DNA of 64,000 bases. Source: Thainema sp. GTDB taxonomy: Bacteria > Cyanobacteriota > Cyanobacteriia > Phormidesmidales > Phormidesmidaceae. This document shows positions 50,101 to 59,043 of this stretch, one piece after another (position 1 is the first letter of the stretch; every line of letters starts with the position of its first letter). A program made the position numbers and the translations under genes. The stretch spans positions 11,251-75,250 of the forward strand of contig JBQLZK010000037.1 of assembly GCA_052168235.1 (NCBI GenBank). Reading direction: 5' to 3'. The notes below the pieces were generated by a model. That model saw only the letters and a program-made list of their open reading frames with translations, ran no database searches and had not been told where the DNA came from.

Positions 50101-50935
50101 CGCCGTCGCCTTCAGTGCCGATGGTCAAATCCTGGCCAGCGGCAGCACAGACCTAACCGTGCGGCTGTGGCGTACTGATACAGGACAGTGTGTGCAAGTC
50201 TTGCAGGGCCATACCGATTGGATTAATGCGATCGCATTTCATCCCAGCGAGTTTACCCTGGCAACGGCTAGCGCCGACGCTACAGTCAAGCTGTGGAACT
50301 GTCAGACGGGCCAGTGTATTCGGACTTTGACGGGACACGTCGGTAAACTGCTCGGCGTCAGCTTTAGTCCCGATGGATCACTGCTGGCGAGCTGCGGCAT
50401 TGACCAAACCATTAAGTTATGGGCAACCGATACAGGTGAGTGCCTGAACACTTTGCAGGGTCATGCCAGCCGCGTTTGGTCGGTCGTCTTTAGCCCAGAT
50501 GGTAAACTGCTAGCGAGCAGCAGTACGGATCAAACGATTCGCCTCTGGAGCGTCAAGTCGGGCAAGTGCCGCAAAATCCTGACGGGACATACAAATTGGG
50601 TGTTTGCCTTGGCCTTTAGTCCTGATAGTCAAACTCTTGCTAGTGCATCGCATGATCAGACGGTACGGATCTGGCAAGTGCAAACGGGCGAATGCCTGCA
50701 TGTCTGTACTGACCATGCTCACTTGGTTTCATCGGTTGCTTTTAGTCCCGATGGCAGCGCGATCGCAAGTGGTTCACAGGATCAAACCGTTCGCATCTGG
50801 GATGCGGCATCTGGTGAGTGTTTGCGGGTGCTGATTGCCAAGCGGCTCTATGAAGGGATGAAGATTACTGGCGTAACGGGTTTAACGCCCGCGACAATGA
50901 CAACGCTGCAAATGCTGGGTGCAGTTGTTGAATAA
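47156..50935 (+). CDS. HTH + NB-ARC (STAND) + pentapeptide + WD40 repeat protein
   Basis: GVSEGTWKRFLAG HTH-like N-terminus, FYGR..EL, GMGGIGKT, MLDNAE, ITSRE, GNPLAL, about 14 GH...V..FSPDG..LAS...D.T..LW repeats, LYEGM.ITG.TGLT tail. Confidence 0.92.
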   Translation: MTTLKASSVGHSQIKQARRAKGWPVNDFKWIEAASQILGTVWEETGVLAPGVSEGTWKRFLAGKVPINAEAFKAYCQVLELDWTAIAELDPELDPEPVTELEPPQANSSSCATNPDNSTNVVYLRNHASPTYVTSPPDPLVEANLLKQRAVAALPTRQDWSNAPDVSIFYGRQAELETVQRWITQDRCRLVTLLGMGGIGKTALSVKLARQIVAQQKQRTAGDQPFTYVIWRSLRNAPSVDEMLADLIQFLSDQQVTDLPADADGRLALLLQYLRTNRCLIMLDNAESILKSGDRMGRYRVGYEGYEALLRCVAETTHQSCLVITSREKPKGLTAFEGETLPVRSLQLSGLPEADGRELFNVKGSFTATDAEWQTLIERYAGNPLALKIVASSIHDFFDSDVSQFLAISQQSAFLFDDIRDLLDQHFQRLTVLEKSVMYWLAINREPTSISDLQADFLINVSPRDLLESLNSLQRRSLVEKGAAGMTQQPVVMEYVINQLIERISDEITGQTVDLFKSHALTKAQAKEYVRETQLNLIVQPIMDQLLNQLGSRDAIATALQSILAQLRGRTPQETGYAGGNALNLLLQLGVDLTGYDFSRLSVWQAYLQDVKLHGIDFTGSDLSNCVFTESLGNVLWATFSPDGERLATCDTDCQVRVWDVQTGQLVLICRGHANWVRHVTFSPDGRMIASCGADQTVRLWTAQDGVCIKTLAGHDHEVFAVAFSPDGQLLASAGGDCTIKLWDVQDGQCIQTLTGHTDWVRTVVFAPYSSQNAAQNSQPLLLASGGADQQIKLWDAATGQCLQTLSGHQGWVRSLTFSRDGQLLASGSGDQQIKLWDCSTGDCLSTYDGHSSGVYCVVFSPTADILISSSGDRTVKLWDWHTDTCLKTLSGQSNEVCSIDIHPDGRRLVCVSLDQTVKLWDCQTGQCLRTWDGHTDWALPVAFSPDGQILASGSNDKSVVLWNWQTGQQQMALYGHTDFVYAVAFSADGQILASGSTDLTVRLWRTDTGQCVQVLQGHTDWINAIAFHPSEFTLATASADATVKLWNCQTGQCIRTLTGHVGKLLGVSFSPDGSLLASCGIDQTIKLWATDTGECLNTLQGHASRVWSVVFSPDGKLLASSSTDQTIRLWSVKSGKCRKILTGHTNWVFALAFSPDSQTLASASHDQTVRIWQVQTGECLHVCTDHAHLVSSVAFSPDGSAIASGSQDQTVRIWDAASGECLRVLIAKRLYEGMKITGVTGLTPATMTTLQMLGAVVE

Positions 50936-50943
50936 TCCCAAAC

Positions 50944-51128
50944 GTCTGTTAGCGAGCGGCACAAGCCGATACTTGTTTAGTGTAACACTGGACATAGATC
51001 CCCCTAAATCCCCCTTAAAAAGGGGGAACTTTGAACCAACCTGTGACTAGCCCCCTTGTTAAGGGGGCGGCGATAGCGGGGGATCACACAGCTACGCTAA
51101 ACAAGTACCAAGCCGCTCGTTAACAGAC
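50944..51128. mobile_element. Three-layer nested small repeat structure
   Basis: Outer IR GTCTGTTAGCGAGCGGC/GCCGCTCGTTAACAGAC; middle IR TACTTGTTTAGTGTAAC/GCTACGCTAAACAAGTA flanked by direct CAAGCCG; inner GATCCCCC...GGGGGATC repeat pair. Confidence 0.8.
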
Positions 51129-51142
51129 ACACCTATTTTTGC

Positions 51143-51607
51143 TTAACGTTCGTAAGTGCCGACGAGTCTCGCTTGCGCCGTCACGTGATCTGCGATCGCA
51201 TCTAGCAGTTCAGTTCGACTCAGTTCAGGCTTTAGATCCAGCTTTTCAGTTAGCGCATAGAGCCAGAAATAGTAGTGATGCACCCCATGTCCGGGCGGTG
51301 GAGCTGGGCCAGTGTAGCCGTTGCTGCCAGAGCTGTTCAGCCCTTCGGTAAAGTGATCCCCGCCACCTTCGGCAATTTCATTGACGTCCGGTGGAATGTT
51401 GTAAATTGTCCAGTGGGTGAACCCAAACGGCAGCGGCGCATCGGGATCATGGCAGATCAGCACCAGTTGTTTTGTTTCAGATGGTATCTTATCCCACTGC
51501 AGGGCTGGCGAAACATTGTCACCGTCGCTGGTATAGCGTTCGGGGATCGATCCCAATGTTGAAAACGCTGGGCTATTCAGCTCTAGGTCTTTTAGTTTTA
51601 ACTCCAT
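51143..51607 (-). CDS. YbhB/YbcL family PEBP (Raf kinase inhibitor-like) protein
   Basis: SPAF, NVSPALQW, HDPDAP, FTHW, YTGPAPPPGHG.HHYYF.LYAL. Confidence 0.93.
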   Translation of the reverse strand: MELKLKDLELNSPAFSTLGSIPERYTSDGDNVSPALQWDKIPSETKQLVLICHDPDAPLPFGFTHWTIYNIPPDVNEIAEGGGDHFTEGLNSSGSNGYTGPAPPPGHGVHHYYFWLYALTEKLDLKPELSRTELLDAIADHVTAQARLVGTYER

Positions 51608-51620
51608 GAGAGTCCCTTGC

Positions 51621-52358
51621 TTACAGTTCTTGCTGCGTCGGACGAATAATCATTTCGTTGATATCCACATCGTTCGGTTGCTCAATCGCAAACGCGATTG
51701 CACGTGCGATCGCATCTGGGTCAATGGCTACGGAATAAAGCTGATTGACGCCTTGAGCTGTTTCTTCATGCGAAATCGTGCTTGTTAGCTCTGTATCGAC
51801 GGCTCCGGGTGAGATATTGGTTGAGCGAATTTGCCCGTTAGATTCCTGCCGAACGCCTTCAGAAATCGCCTTCACTGCAAATTTGGTCGCGCAGTAAACG
51901 GCCCCCGCTGGAAAAACCTGATGTCCAGCAACCGACGATAGGTTAATAATATGCCCGGACTTTTGCTGTCGCATGATGGGCAATACGGCGGCGATGTTGT
52001 ACAAGACGCCTTTGATGTTGACATCGATCATCCGATCCCACTCGTCTACCTTCGTTTCATCCAGAGGTGACAGGGGCATCAAACCTGCGTTGTTGACCAA
52101 AACATCAATCCGGCCATAAGCCTGATGAGTTGCTTTCGCTAATGCTTCAGCCTGACTGCGATCCGTCACATCAGTAACCTGATATTGAGCGGTTCCACCA
52201 CTTTGTTCAATTTTAGACACCAAATCTTTGAGCCGATTTTCACGTCGAGCAGCCAGCATTAGTTTCGCGCCAGCTTTAGCTAAGCGTTGAGCTGTAGCCT
52301 CGCCCAGTCCACTACTTGCGCCTGTGATAATAACAACTTTATTTTGAATTTCAGACAT
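51621..52358 (-). CDS. SDR family oxidoreductase
   Basis: TGASSGLG, NNAG, SSVAG, YCATK, ISPG. Confidence 0.95.
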   Translation of the reverse strand: MSEIQNKVVIITGASSGLGEATAQRLAKAGAKLMLAARRENRLKDLVSKIEQSGGTAQYQVTDVTDRSQAEALAKATHQAYGRIDVLVNNAGLMPLSPLDETKVDEWDRMIDVNIKGVLYNIAAVLPIMRQQKSGHIINLSSVAGHQVFPAGAVYCATKFAVKAISEGVRQESNGQIRSTNISPGAVDTELTSTISHEETAQGVNQLYSVAIDPDAIARAIAFAIEQPNDVDINEMIIRPTQQEL

Positions 52359-52562
52359 AGCAAATCGTTAGTTTAGTTCTCTAGCTTTAGCTGCAAAATA
52401 TGTAGCAATCGGCACTGTTTCAAGGTCAACCAGTAAATGCAACAGACCTAAATCAGATCATTTAGATATGCCGACAAGTAGCTTGATGGTTGACAAACCA
52501 CCAAATAGTATGAGTTTTTATACCCAAAATGGATCTGACTAAAGACAGACTTAAGATGCCGC

Positions 52563-53177
52563 TCAGGATAAACAAGCGAGCAACAAATGTACTGTTCCGT
52601 GTGGCACTAAAACGGCTGAATCCTCTAGCTTTAGGTTGGTCTGATAGTTGATCAGCGCACCTGCATTAGTCAAATCAGCGACTGATAATTGGGGGTTCGC
52701 TTTCAAATGGACGAGATGCTGGTCCATCAGGTAAACAATGGCCGCGATTTCATTACGTGGTTGAGGCTGAGCTATCAATGTGGCATCAAACGCAACTAAA
52801 TAGTAGGCTTTGTTGGAATCTGCCATGCTGCCGTGGTCAGAGTGGCGGCGCTTTTCAAAAATGAAGCGAGGTTGAATTGGTTCGTCTTGCAAATCAATTT
52901 GCTCTAAACTGCCGCTCGATTTCAGCCAGTAGGTTTGCGGCGCACTATTGAGATGAGCTACGACATCGCCAATTTCCTCACGACTCTCTCGTAGCGCACA
53001 GTCTGAAAAGCTTTCTGCTGGGTTTTCTCGCTTGCCACCAACACCGCAAAACCGAACCCGCTGCGGTGATTCTAGGACTTCTCGCTTGGGAATTGAAAAC
53101 ACATGATATCCCTGCCAAGTTAGGAATAGAGCCGTTCCTGATGGGGTTGTTGGCGTAATGATATCCGATAAGTACAT
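52563..53177 (-). CDS. NUDIX hydrolase-like protein
   Basis: Nudix box variant GGKRENPAESFSDCALRESREEIG. Confidence 0.75.
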   Translation of the reverse strand: MYLSDIITPTTPSGTALFLTWQGYHVFSIPKREVLESPQRVRFCGVGGKRENPAESFSDCALRESREEIGDVVAHLNSAPQTYWLKSSGSLEQIDLQDEPIQPRFIFEKRRHSDHGSMADSNKAYYLVAFDATLIAQPQPRNEIAAIVYLMDQHLVHLKANPQLSVADLTNAGALINYQTNLKLEDSAVLVPHGTVHLLLACLS

Positions 53178-53261
53178 GAAGGTTATGGCAGGTGTTGCTG
53201 ACCATCATAGGCCGATGTAATAGTTACTGTAAATATAGCAATTCTTAAACGTTGATTGTTA

Positions 53262-53367
53262 ATAAGTAGGTTGGCATAAATAAGCGCATATAAAGAACCG
53301 GGGGAGCATCCCACCGGGGTGCTCCCCGGTCCTTTAGTTATGCATTTATTCATATGCAGCTACTTAT
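53262..53367. mobile_element. TAAGTAGGTTGGCATAAATAA-family palindromic element, copy A
   Basis: Whole element folds back: TAAGTAG...CTACTTA ends, central ACCGGGGGAGCATCCC/GGGGTGCTCCCCGGT stem; copies at 54453-54537 and 63545-63649. Confidence 0.82.
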
Positions 53368-53454
53368 GAATTCCTGTGTTGTTTGTTATGAGGAGCTTGT
53401 TATGTAAGCTCCTTGTTCTGAATCAGTCTATTCTATTTAATGTTGGGCTAGCTG

Positions 53455-54147
53455 TTATTGATTTGAACTGTTAGTTGAAGTGATTGCTTTTCTAGCAAAA
53501 TGAGTTATGTAAATTGCCAGTGCGATCGCAACACCTAAACCCGCAACTTGCAGCACGATTAGACTTGATTTGGAGCTGCCACCCAATAAACTCATGCTGA
53601 TATAGCCGATATAAATATAAAAGCTAATAATTGGCAGCATTCCTAACCATGTACACAAAAGATACTGCCAAAAACTGATTTTAGTTAGACTAAATCCATA
53701 GTTCAAAATATTAGACGGGATCATTGGCGATAGACGACTAAGCAGCAGAATCTTCCAGCCTTTTTGGGCAACTGCTTGATCCAACTGAGTAAATTGAGCA
53801 TTGTGCCCAATCCAAGCGGTCAACCGTTTGCGTAACAGGGTTCGTCCCAGTAGAAAACATGCGATCGCACCCGCTGTATCCGCCACTGATGCCGACGCAA
53901 TACCTTTGACAAAGCCAAACAGAGTACCCGCCAGCAGCAAAAGGACAACGTTGGGCAAACCACAAACTGAAACCAGCACGTAGAGTCCCACAAATGCTGG
54001 CAGCGCCCAAATTCCCAGCGATTGTAGCCACTGATTGAGTTCACCTGACCATTCTTGGATCGGGAACAGGCTGGGTATAACTGCGATCGCAATTCCAATG
54101 CTAACTAGACCAGTGATGGCCTTTGTCCGTCGTCCGTTTATTCGCAT
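53455..54147 (-). CDS. TVP38/TMEM64 (DedA/VTT) membrane protein
   Basis: AGTLFG..KG, GA..CFLLGR, GWKILLLSRLSPMIP.NILNY.FSLT. Confidence 0.9.
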   Translation of the reverse strand: MRINGRRTKAITGLVSIGIAIAVIPSLFPIQEWSGELNQWLQSLGIWALPAFVGLYVLVSVCGLPNVVLLLLAGTLFGFVKGIASASVADTAGAIACFLLGRTLLRKRLTAWIGHNAQFTQLDQAVAQKGWKILLLSRLSPMIPSNILNYGFSLTKISFWQYLLCTWLGMLPIISFYIYIGYISMSLLGGSSKSSLIVLQVAGLGVAIALAIYITHFARKAITSTNSSNQ

Positions 54148-54452
54148 AGTGTGTCGCGATCTTAAGAAATTATTAGGGATCTTCCCGTTAATGGTTTATC
54201 AGTGGATCTCACATGAAGGGGGCACTTTGCCGCGATAGGCAGCAAAATGCCCCTGCTGTTTTGGGATATAAGCTGTGAGTAGAGGTTGCAAAGAGAATTG
54301 AATTAAGCATATCCTGACCTTCATTTAATGCCAGTCTGCCAGGGGAAAGATTTCCTTGGTAGATTTTTAACTGACCTCAGGTGTGCGTCGAGTCGGCAAG
54401 GCACATGTTCCGAGACGGTCTTGCGGCTTGTTCTGTAGCAGCCAGTTGAGTC

Positions 54453-54537
54453 AGTAGCTACATTTTGATAAACGTATCCTAAAAACGGGGTGCTCCTCTG
54501 GTTTCTAGAATACGTTTATTTATGCCAACCTACTTAT
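54453..54537. mobile_element. Same family, copy B (inverted, internally shortened)
   Basis: TTTATTTATGCCAACCTACTTA right end; partial GGGGTGCTCC core. Confidence 0.72.
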
Positions 54538-54563
54538 AGCTCTACCGAATCGCTAGTGAACTG

Positions 54564-54614
54564 AGTTGATTATGAACAGGTCGCCCCAGCGAAGCGACCT
54601 GTTCATAATCAACT
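54564..54614. repeat. Perfect 21-bp inverted repeat
   Basis: AGTTGATTATGAACAGGTCGC-9 nt-GCGACCTGTTCATAATCAACT. Confidence 0.85.
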
Positions 54615-55199
54615 TAAATCTGCTGTATCTACAGAATATCTTTATGTAATTTATAAATGTTAACTGTTATTAAAAGAAAGCAAGTTAATTTGTCTTTTGA
54701 TAACTTAACCATTGCTGCACCGGGGCACAACAGGCTTTACTATTTGAGCACTATCTGGCTTGGTAACGTGCAATAAGAATAAAGAATAAATCTTTGAAGT
54801 TGAAGCTTTTGCAAAGCTGGTTCAGACAGGTATAGACGTGAATGATGATTTGCTAGGACTGAAATATTGTAGGCGTGTTCTGAGTTTGGGCTTTTGATGT
54901 TGAGCTTGTGTCTGTTTGGGGATCACGGCTGACAGTCGGGGATCACGCCAGCATAGCGGTCTTCATGTAGAAATCTCTAACGAGACTATAAAAGGGAACT
55001 ATAGACAGAATAAGCAGAATAGTAAAGGCGTTGCTAAAGCGCTGGGATCGCGAGGATCCGCCGTTATAGATGCTTGTCGGTTTCCGGTTTTGCAAGGTTC
55101 TATAAGGGCTTGCAAGGTGCAGATGTGGGGTGGGTGTTAAGCAGAATAAGCACTCGGCGCAGACAGCGCGCGGGATGTAACCAGTTTGATGTAATCAGT

Positions 55200-55590
55200 T
55201 TGGCAATTAAGCTATCGCTGCGCTACCTTAGACTACGTTCGCCTCACAATCTACACAATCAGCCATCACTGGCTGTAACCACGCGTATACTGAAGCATAG
55301 AGCCAGGATTTCGGCATGATTCCCACTTAAAAGGGCTGAAATCGCTGTGTTTCGGCAGTAATGGAAAGACGCTATAGGATGCTGTACAACTGGCTGCTAA
55401 TGTTGATGCTGATGACCAATACTAATCCCAACAAGGAGACGCTTATCCAATATCTTGACCGCCTCTTAACGTTCTATATCCGCCTGACTGATAGGCTAGA
55501 GCGAGCGTTGACTGGGCTCAACAAGCTAGCAGGAGGGCTTGATGACTTAAAGCAAGCGGTGATTGACAAGCCTTTGAGAGTTGATGCAGC
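55200..55590 (+). pseudogene. nirB: Decayed 3' part of NADH-dependent nitrite reductase large subunit
   Basis: Across frameshifts and stops: LAIKLSLRYLRLRSPHNL / SAITGCNHAYTEA*SQDFGMIPT*KG*N / KETLIQYLDRLLTFYIRLTDRLERALTGLNKLAGGLDDLKQAVID, collinear with the recalled NirB C-terminus. Confidence 0.8.
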
Positions 55591-55606
55591 ATCTGTAACT
55601 GAGTCT

Positions 55607-55928
55607 GTAACTGTATTGGCAATTGATGACATTCGATTTACATTGGGGAGGCTGGTTTTCTAGGCAATAGTCAGCAGATCACTGCTGTTTGGGTGGGGCA
55701 GATAGAAGCCATTTATGCCCACCAAAACAAGGATCTGTTCAGTCAAGTGTTTGTGTGGTCGAGTGGATAAATTAGTGATTGGCGGGGAATACTAAAAAAT
55801 AGACTCGTCAATTTATAAGCAAAACTTTAACTTAAAGGACTGGAGAAAGAACTGGAGAATGCCTTAATGGTGAGAAGATAAGGATCCTTTCCTGTCTGTC
55901 TCGCGTCGTTGAGGAGTATGTGCAATTT
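55607..55928 (+). pseudogene. nirD: Decayed nitrite reductase small (Rieske-like) subunit
   Basis: VLAIDDI / QQITAVWVG..EAIYAHQNKDLFSQVFVWSSG*ISD / SSIYKQNFNLK / TGECL...RVVEEYVQ, collinear with NirD motifs. Confidence 0.75.
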
Positions 55929-56110
55929 GGTTCTGCGATCGCACATTCAACCACACAAGTTAATTGCAAGATCGCACAAGTGAGTCAATCGACAATCCCT
56001 ACTTATGGAGTCCCTACGGAGAAAGCTTTAAGCCAATCGAACTTAGATCACCAGGCATATCGAGCTTGATTTTCGATCTGCTACACACTGTTTACCTCGA
56101 CTTATTCAAT

Positions 56111-58693
56111 ATGGACAAACTAAACAACAGCGAAGCAAAAATCTCACCACTTTCAGCTTCCGTATCGGGTGACCGCCAAATTCATATCGAAGACGATCGT
56201 ACAGGGATCAGCATTGAAACGCTCAAGCGAGCACTGGCCGATAATCTGTATTACACCCAAGGCAAAGACGAGTGTTTTGCCACTCCCCACGATTACTACA
56301 TGGCGCTGGCCCACAGCGTGCGCGATCGCCTCTTCCAGCGACGCATTGAAACGGCCAAAGTCTATGCCAATCACGATGCCAAAACGGTTTATTACCTGTC
56401 TGCTGAATTCCTGATGGGACGACACCTGAGTAACTGTCTGATCAATTTGGGACTGTATGACCGGGTGCGGAAAGCGCTGAGTGAATGTGGTTTAGAACTC
56501 GATTACCTACTGGAGCGGGAAGCGGAACCGGGATTGGGTAATGGTGGTTTGGGGCGCTTAGCTGCCTGTTTTCTGGATTCTCTAGCGACGCTGAGCATTC
56601 CTGCTGTGGGACACGGCATTCGCTATGAGTACGGCATCTTTTCGCAGATCCTCAGCGATGGCTGGCAGGTAGAGCTGCCGGACAAGTGGCTTAGCTTTGG
56701 CAACCCCTGGGAAATTGCCCGACCTGAATATCGAGTAGAAGTGAAGCTTGGCGGTTATACCGAAACCTACACCGATGAACATGGTCGCTATCGGGTGCGC
56801 TGGGTTCCGGCTCAAATCATCTTGGGTATCCCATACGATACGCCCGTTCCAGGCTACAAGACAGACAACGTCAATACTCTGCGTTTGTGGAAAGCAGAGG
56901 CCAGTGAAGCCTTTAACCTGCAAGCGTTTAACGCAGGTGATTACTTTGGGGCAGTTGCCAACAAGATGATCTCGGAGAATATCTCCAAGGTGCTGTATCC
57001 CAATGATGAAACGCCACAGGGCAAAGAGCTACGCCTCCAGCAGCAGTACTTCTTCGTCACTTGTGCGCTGCAGGATATCATCCGGCTGCACCTGCGCACC
57101 CACGACAGCCTGGATAATCTTAATGGGAAAGCTGCCATTCAGCTCAACGATACTCACCCAGCCATTGCGATCGCAGAATTGATGCGCCTGCTGATGGATA
57201 TCTACGGCTATAGCTGGGAGCGGGCTTGGTCGATTACTCAGTCTACCTTTGGCTACACCAATCACACCCTGCTACCAGAAGCGCTGGAGAAGTGGTCAAC
57301 CGATCTATTTGGTCGCCTGCTACCGCGCCACCTAGAGATTATCTACGAGATCAACTTCCGCTTCCTAGAGCAGGTCAAAAAGCTGTATCCCGGTAACGAA
57401 GCGAAGTTAGCCAGCCTGTCTCTGATCGAAGAAGGGTCAGAGAAACAGGTACGGATGGCAAACCTAGCCTGTGTGGGCAGTCACGCGATCAATGGGGTGG
57501 CAGAGCTACACACCGAACTGCTGAAGGAAAATGTACTGCGCGACTTCTACGAACTCTATCCAGAGAAGTTCAGCAGTAAGACCAATGGTGTGACCCCGCG
57601 TCGTTGGCTGTTGATGAGCAACCCGGCTCTGGCTGATTTGATTACCGAGAAGGTGGGTGAGAATTGGCCAACCTATCTAGATCAGCTCAAGGGCTTAGAG
57701 GCCTATGTGGATGATCCCTCCTTCCAGGCGCGCTTCTACCAAATCAAGCAAAAGAACAAGGAAGAGTTAGCACGCTACATCCTTCAACACGAAGGCGTCA
57801 ACGTCAATCTGGATTCTATCTTTGATATTCAGGTGAAGCGGCTGCATGAGTACAAGCGGCAGTTGCTGAACGTGCTGCATATTGTGGCGCTTTACAAGCG
57901 GATTCAGCGCAATCCCGATTTGGAGATGGTGCCCCGCACCTTTATCTTTGGTGGTAAGGCGGCTCCGGGCTATCACAAAGCGAAGATGATCATCAAGCTG
58001 ATCAATTCGGTTGCAGCGGTGGTCAACAACGATCCCATCGTCCGCGATCGCATTAAAGTGGTCTTCCTGGCCAACTTCAATGTTTCGCTGGGGCAGATTG
58101 TCTATCCCGCTGCTGACCTGTCGGAGCAAATTTCCACCGCAGGTAAGGAAGCGTCCGGTACGGGCAACATGAAGTTTGCGCTCAACGGCGCATTGACCAT
58201 CGGCACCCTGGACGGTGCGAATATCGAGATTCGCCAAGAGGTCGGTGAAGAAAACTTCTTCCTGTTTGGCCTCAAAGCCCATGAGGTGGCAGCAATGAAA
58301 GCCAATGGCTATCAGCCTTGGGATGTCTACAGTTCTCATCCCGAACTGAAGATGGTGCTAGATGCGATCGCGCATGGCGAGTTTTCTCCCGATGATCCCT
58401 ATCGATTTGAATCGCTGATTCGGGCATTGATCACCCAAGATCCCTATATGCTGCTAGCAGATTTCCAATCCTATGCTGACTGTCAGCAGTACGTCAGTGA
58501 GGCGTATCGTGATCGGCAACGCTGGACAAAGATGTCAATTTTGAACACCGCACGCATGGGTAAGTTTTCCGCCGATCGCACCATTCGGCAATACTGTGAC
58601 GAGATCTGGCATGTCAAGTCGATCCCGGTGCAGCTCATGCCTTATCAGCAAGAAAATGCCATGCTGAATCTCACTTGTGAGATCAAAGGATAG
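56111..58693 (+). CDS. glgP: Glycogen phosphorylase
   Basis: YYLSAEFLMGR, LGNGGLGRLAACFLDS, IQLNDTHP, KTNGVTPRRW, KRLHEYKRQ, EASGTGNMK (PLP lysine); start taken at MDKLNN. Confidence 0.97.
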   Translation: MDKLNNSEAKISPLSASVSGDRQIHIEDDRTGISIETLKRALADNLYYTQGKDECFATPHDYYMALAHSVRDRLFQRRIETAKVYANHDAKTVYYLSAEFLMGRHLSNCLINLGLYDRVRKALSECGLELDYLLEREAEPGLGNGGLGRLAACFLDSLATLSIPAVGHGIRYEYGIFSQILSDGWQVELPDKWLSFGNPWEIARPEYRVEVKLGGYTETYTDEHGRYRVRWVPAQIILGIPYDTPVPGYKTDNVNTLRLWKAEASEAFNLQAFNAGDYFGAVANKMISENISKVLYPNDETPQGKELRLQQQYFFVTCALQDIIRLHLRTHDSLDNLNGKAAIQLNDTHPAIAIAELMRLLMDIYGYSWERAWSITQSTFGYTNHTLLPEALEKWSTDLFGRLLPRHLEIIYEINFRFLEQVKKLYPGNEAKLASLSLIEEGSEKQVRMANLACVGSHAINGVAELHTELLKENVLRDFYELYPEKFSSKTNGVTPRRWLLMSNPALADLITEKVGENWPTYLDQLKGLEAYVDDPSFQARFYQIKQKNKEELARYILQHEGVNVNLDSIFDIQVKRLHEYKRQLLNVLHIVALYKRIQRNPDLEMVPRTFIFGGKAAPGYHKAKMIIKLINSVAAVVNNDPIVRDRIKVVFLANFNVSLGQIVYPAADLSEQISTAGKEASGTGNMKFALNGALTIGTLDGANIEIRQEVGEENFFLFGLKAHEVAAMKANGYQPWDVYSSHPELKMVLDAIAHGEFSPDDPYRFESLIRALITQDPYMLLADFQSYADCQQYVSEAYRDRQRWTKMSILNTARMGKFSADRTIRQYCDEIWHVKSIPVQLMPYQQENAMLNLTCEIKG

Positions 58694-58740
58694 GGATTCT
58701 ATTTAGTTTTTCATTCATGACCTAACCTAACCAGGTCAGA

Positions 58741-58767
58741 CTGGGGTAACCATGCCCCAGTTTTTTT
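58741..58767 (+). terminator. Rho-independent terminator of glgP
   Basis: CTGGGG-8 nt-CCCCAG followed by T7. Confidence 0.7.
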
Positions 58768-58796
58768 ATGTGAGGTCTGATTTAGATTCTGATTAG

Positions 58797-58886
58797 TAGA
58801 CTTTATTGGAAATTGTTTTGTAGCGCGGCGGAGCCGCGCTACAAAACAATTTCCAACCCCAAAAACTTTATTTCCAATAAAGTCTA
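58797..58886. repeat. Palindromic element with 24-bp inner stem and outer IR
   Basis: Outer TAGACTTTATTGGAAAT/ATTTCCAATAAAGTCTA; inner TTGGAAATTGTTTTGTAGCGCGGC-GGA-GCCGCGCTACAAAACAATTTCCAA. Confidence 0.8.
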
Positions 58887-59043
58887 GTTGAGGTGCCGCG
58901 CTTTGCGTAGTACCTCAGCTATCTGATCAGCTTCAGCTTCGCGATCGGCGACTGTTTCAATTCCGTGTTGTTGCTCAGGTGTAGAGTTGAGGATAAATCC
59001 CTGGAGAATTTATTTTCAACTCTATACTTGACGCTGTACGTGT

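Noticed and set aside
47156..50935. HTH-NB-ARC-WD40 protein as a novel system
   Set aside because: Common expanded family in filamentous cyanobacteria; host-like composition with many HIP1 sites
55361..55663. 100-aa ORF as a genuine gene
   Set aside because: It is one frame of the decayed nirB/nirD relic
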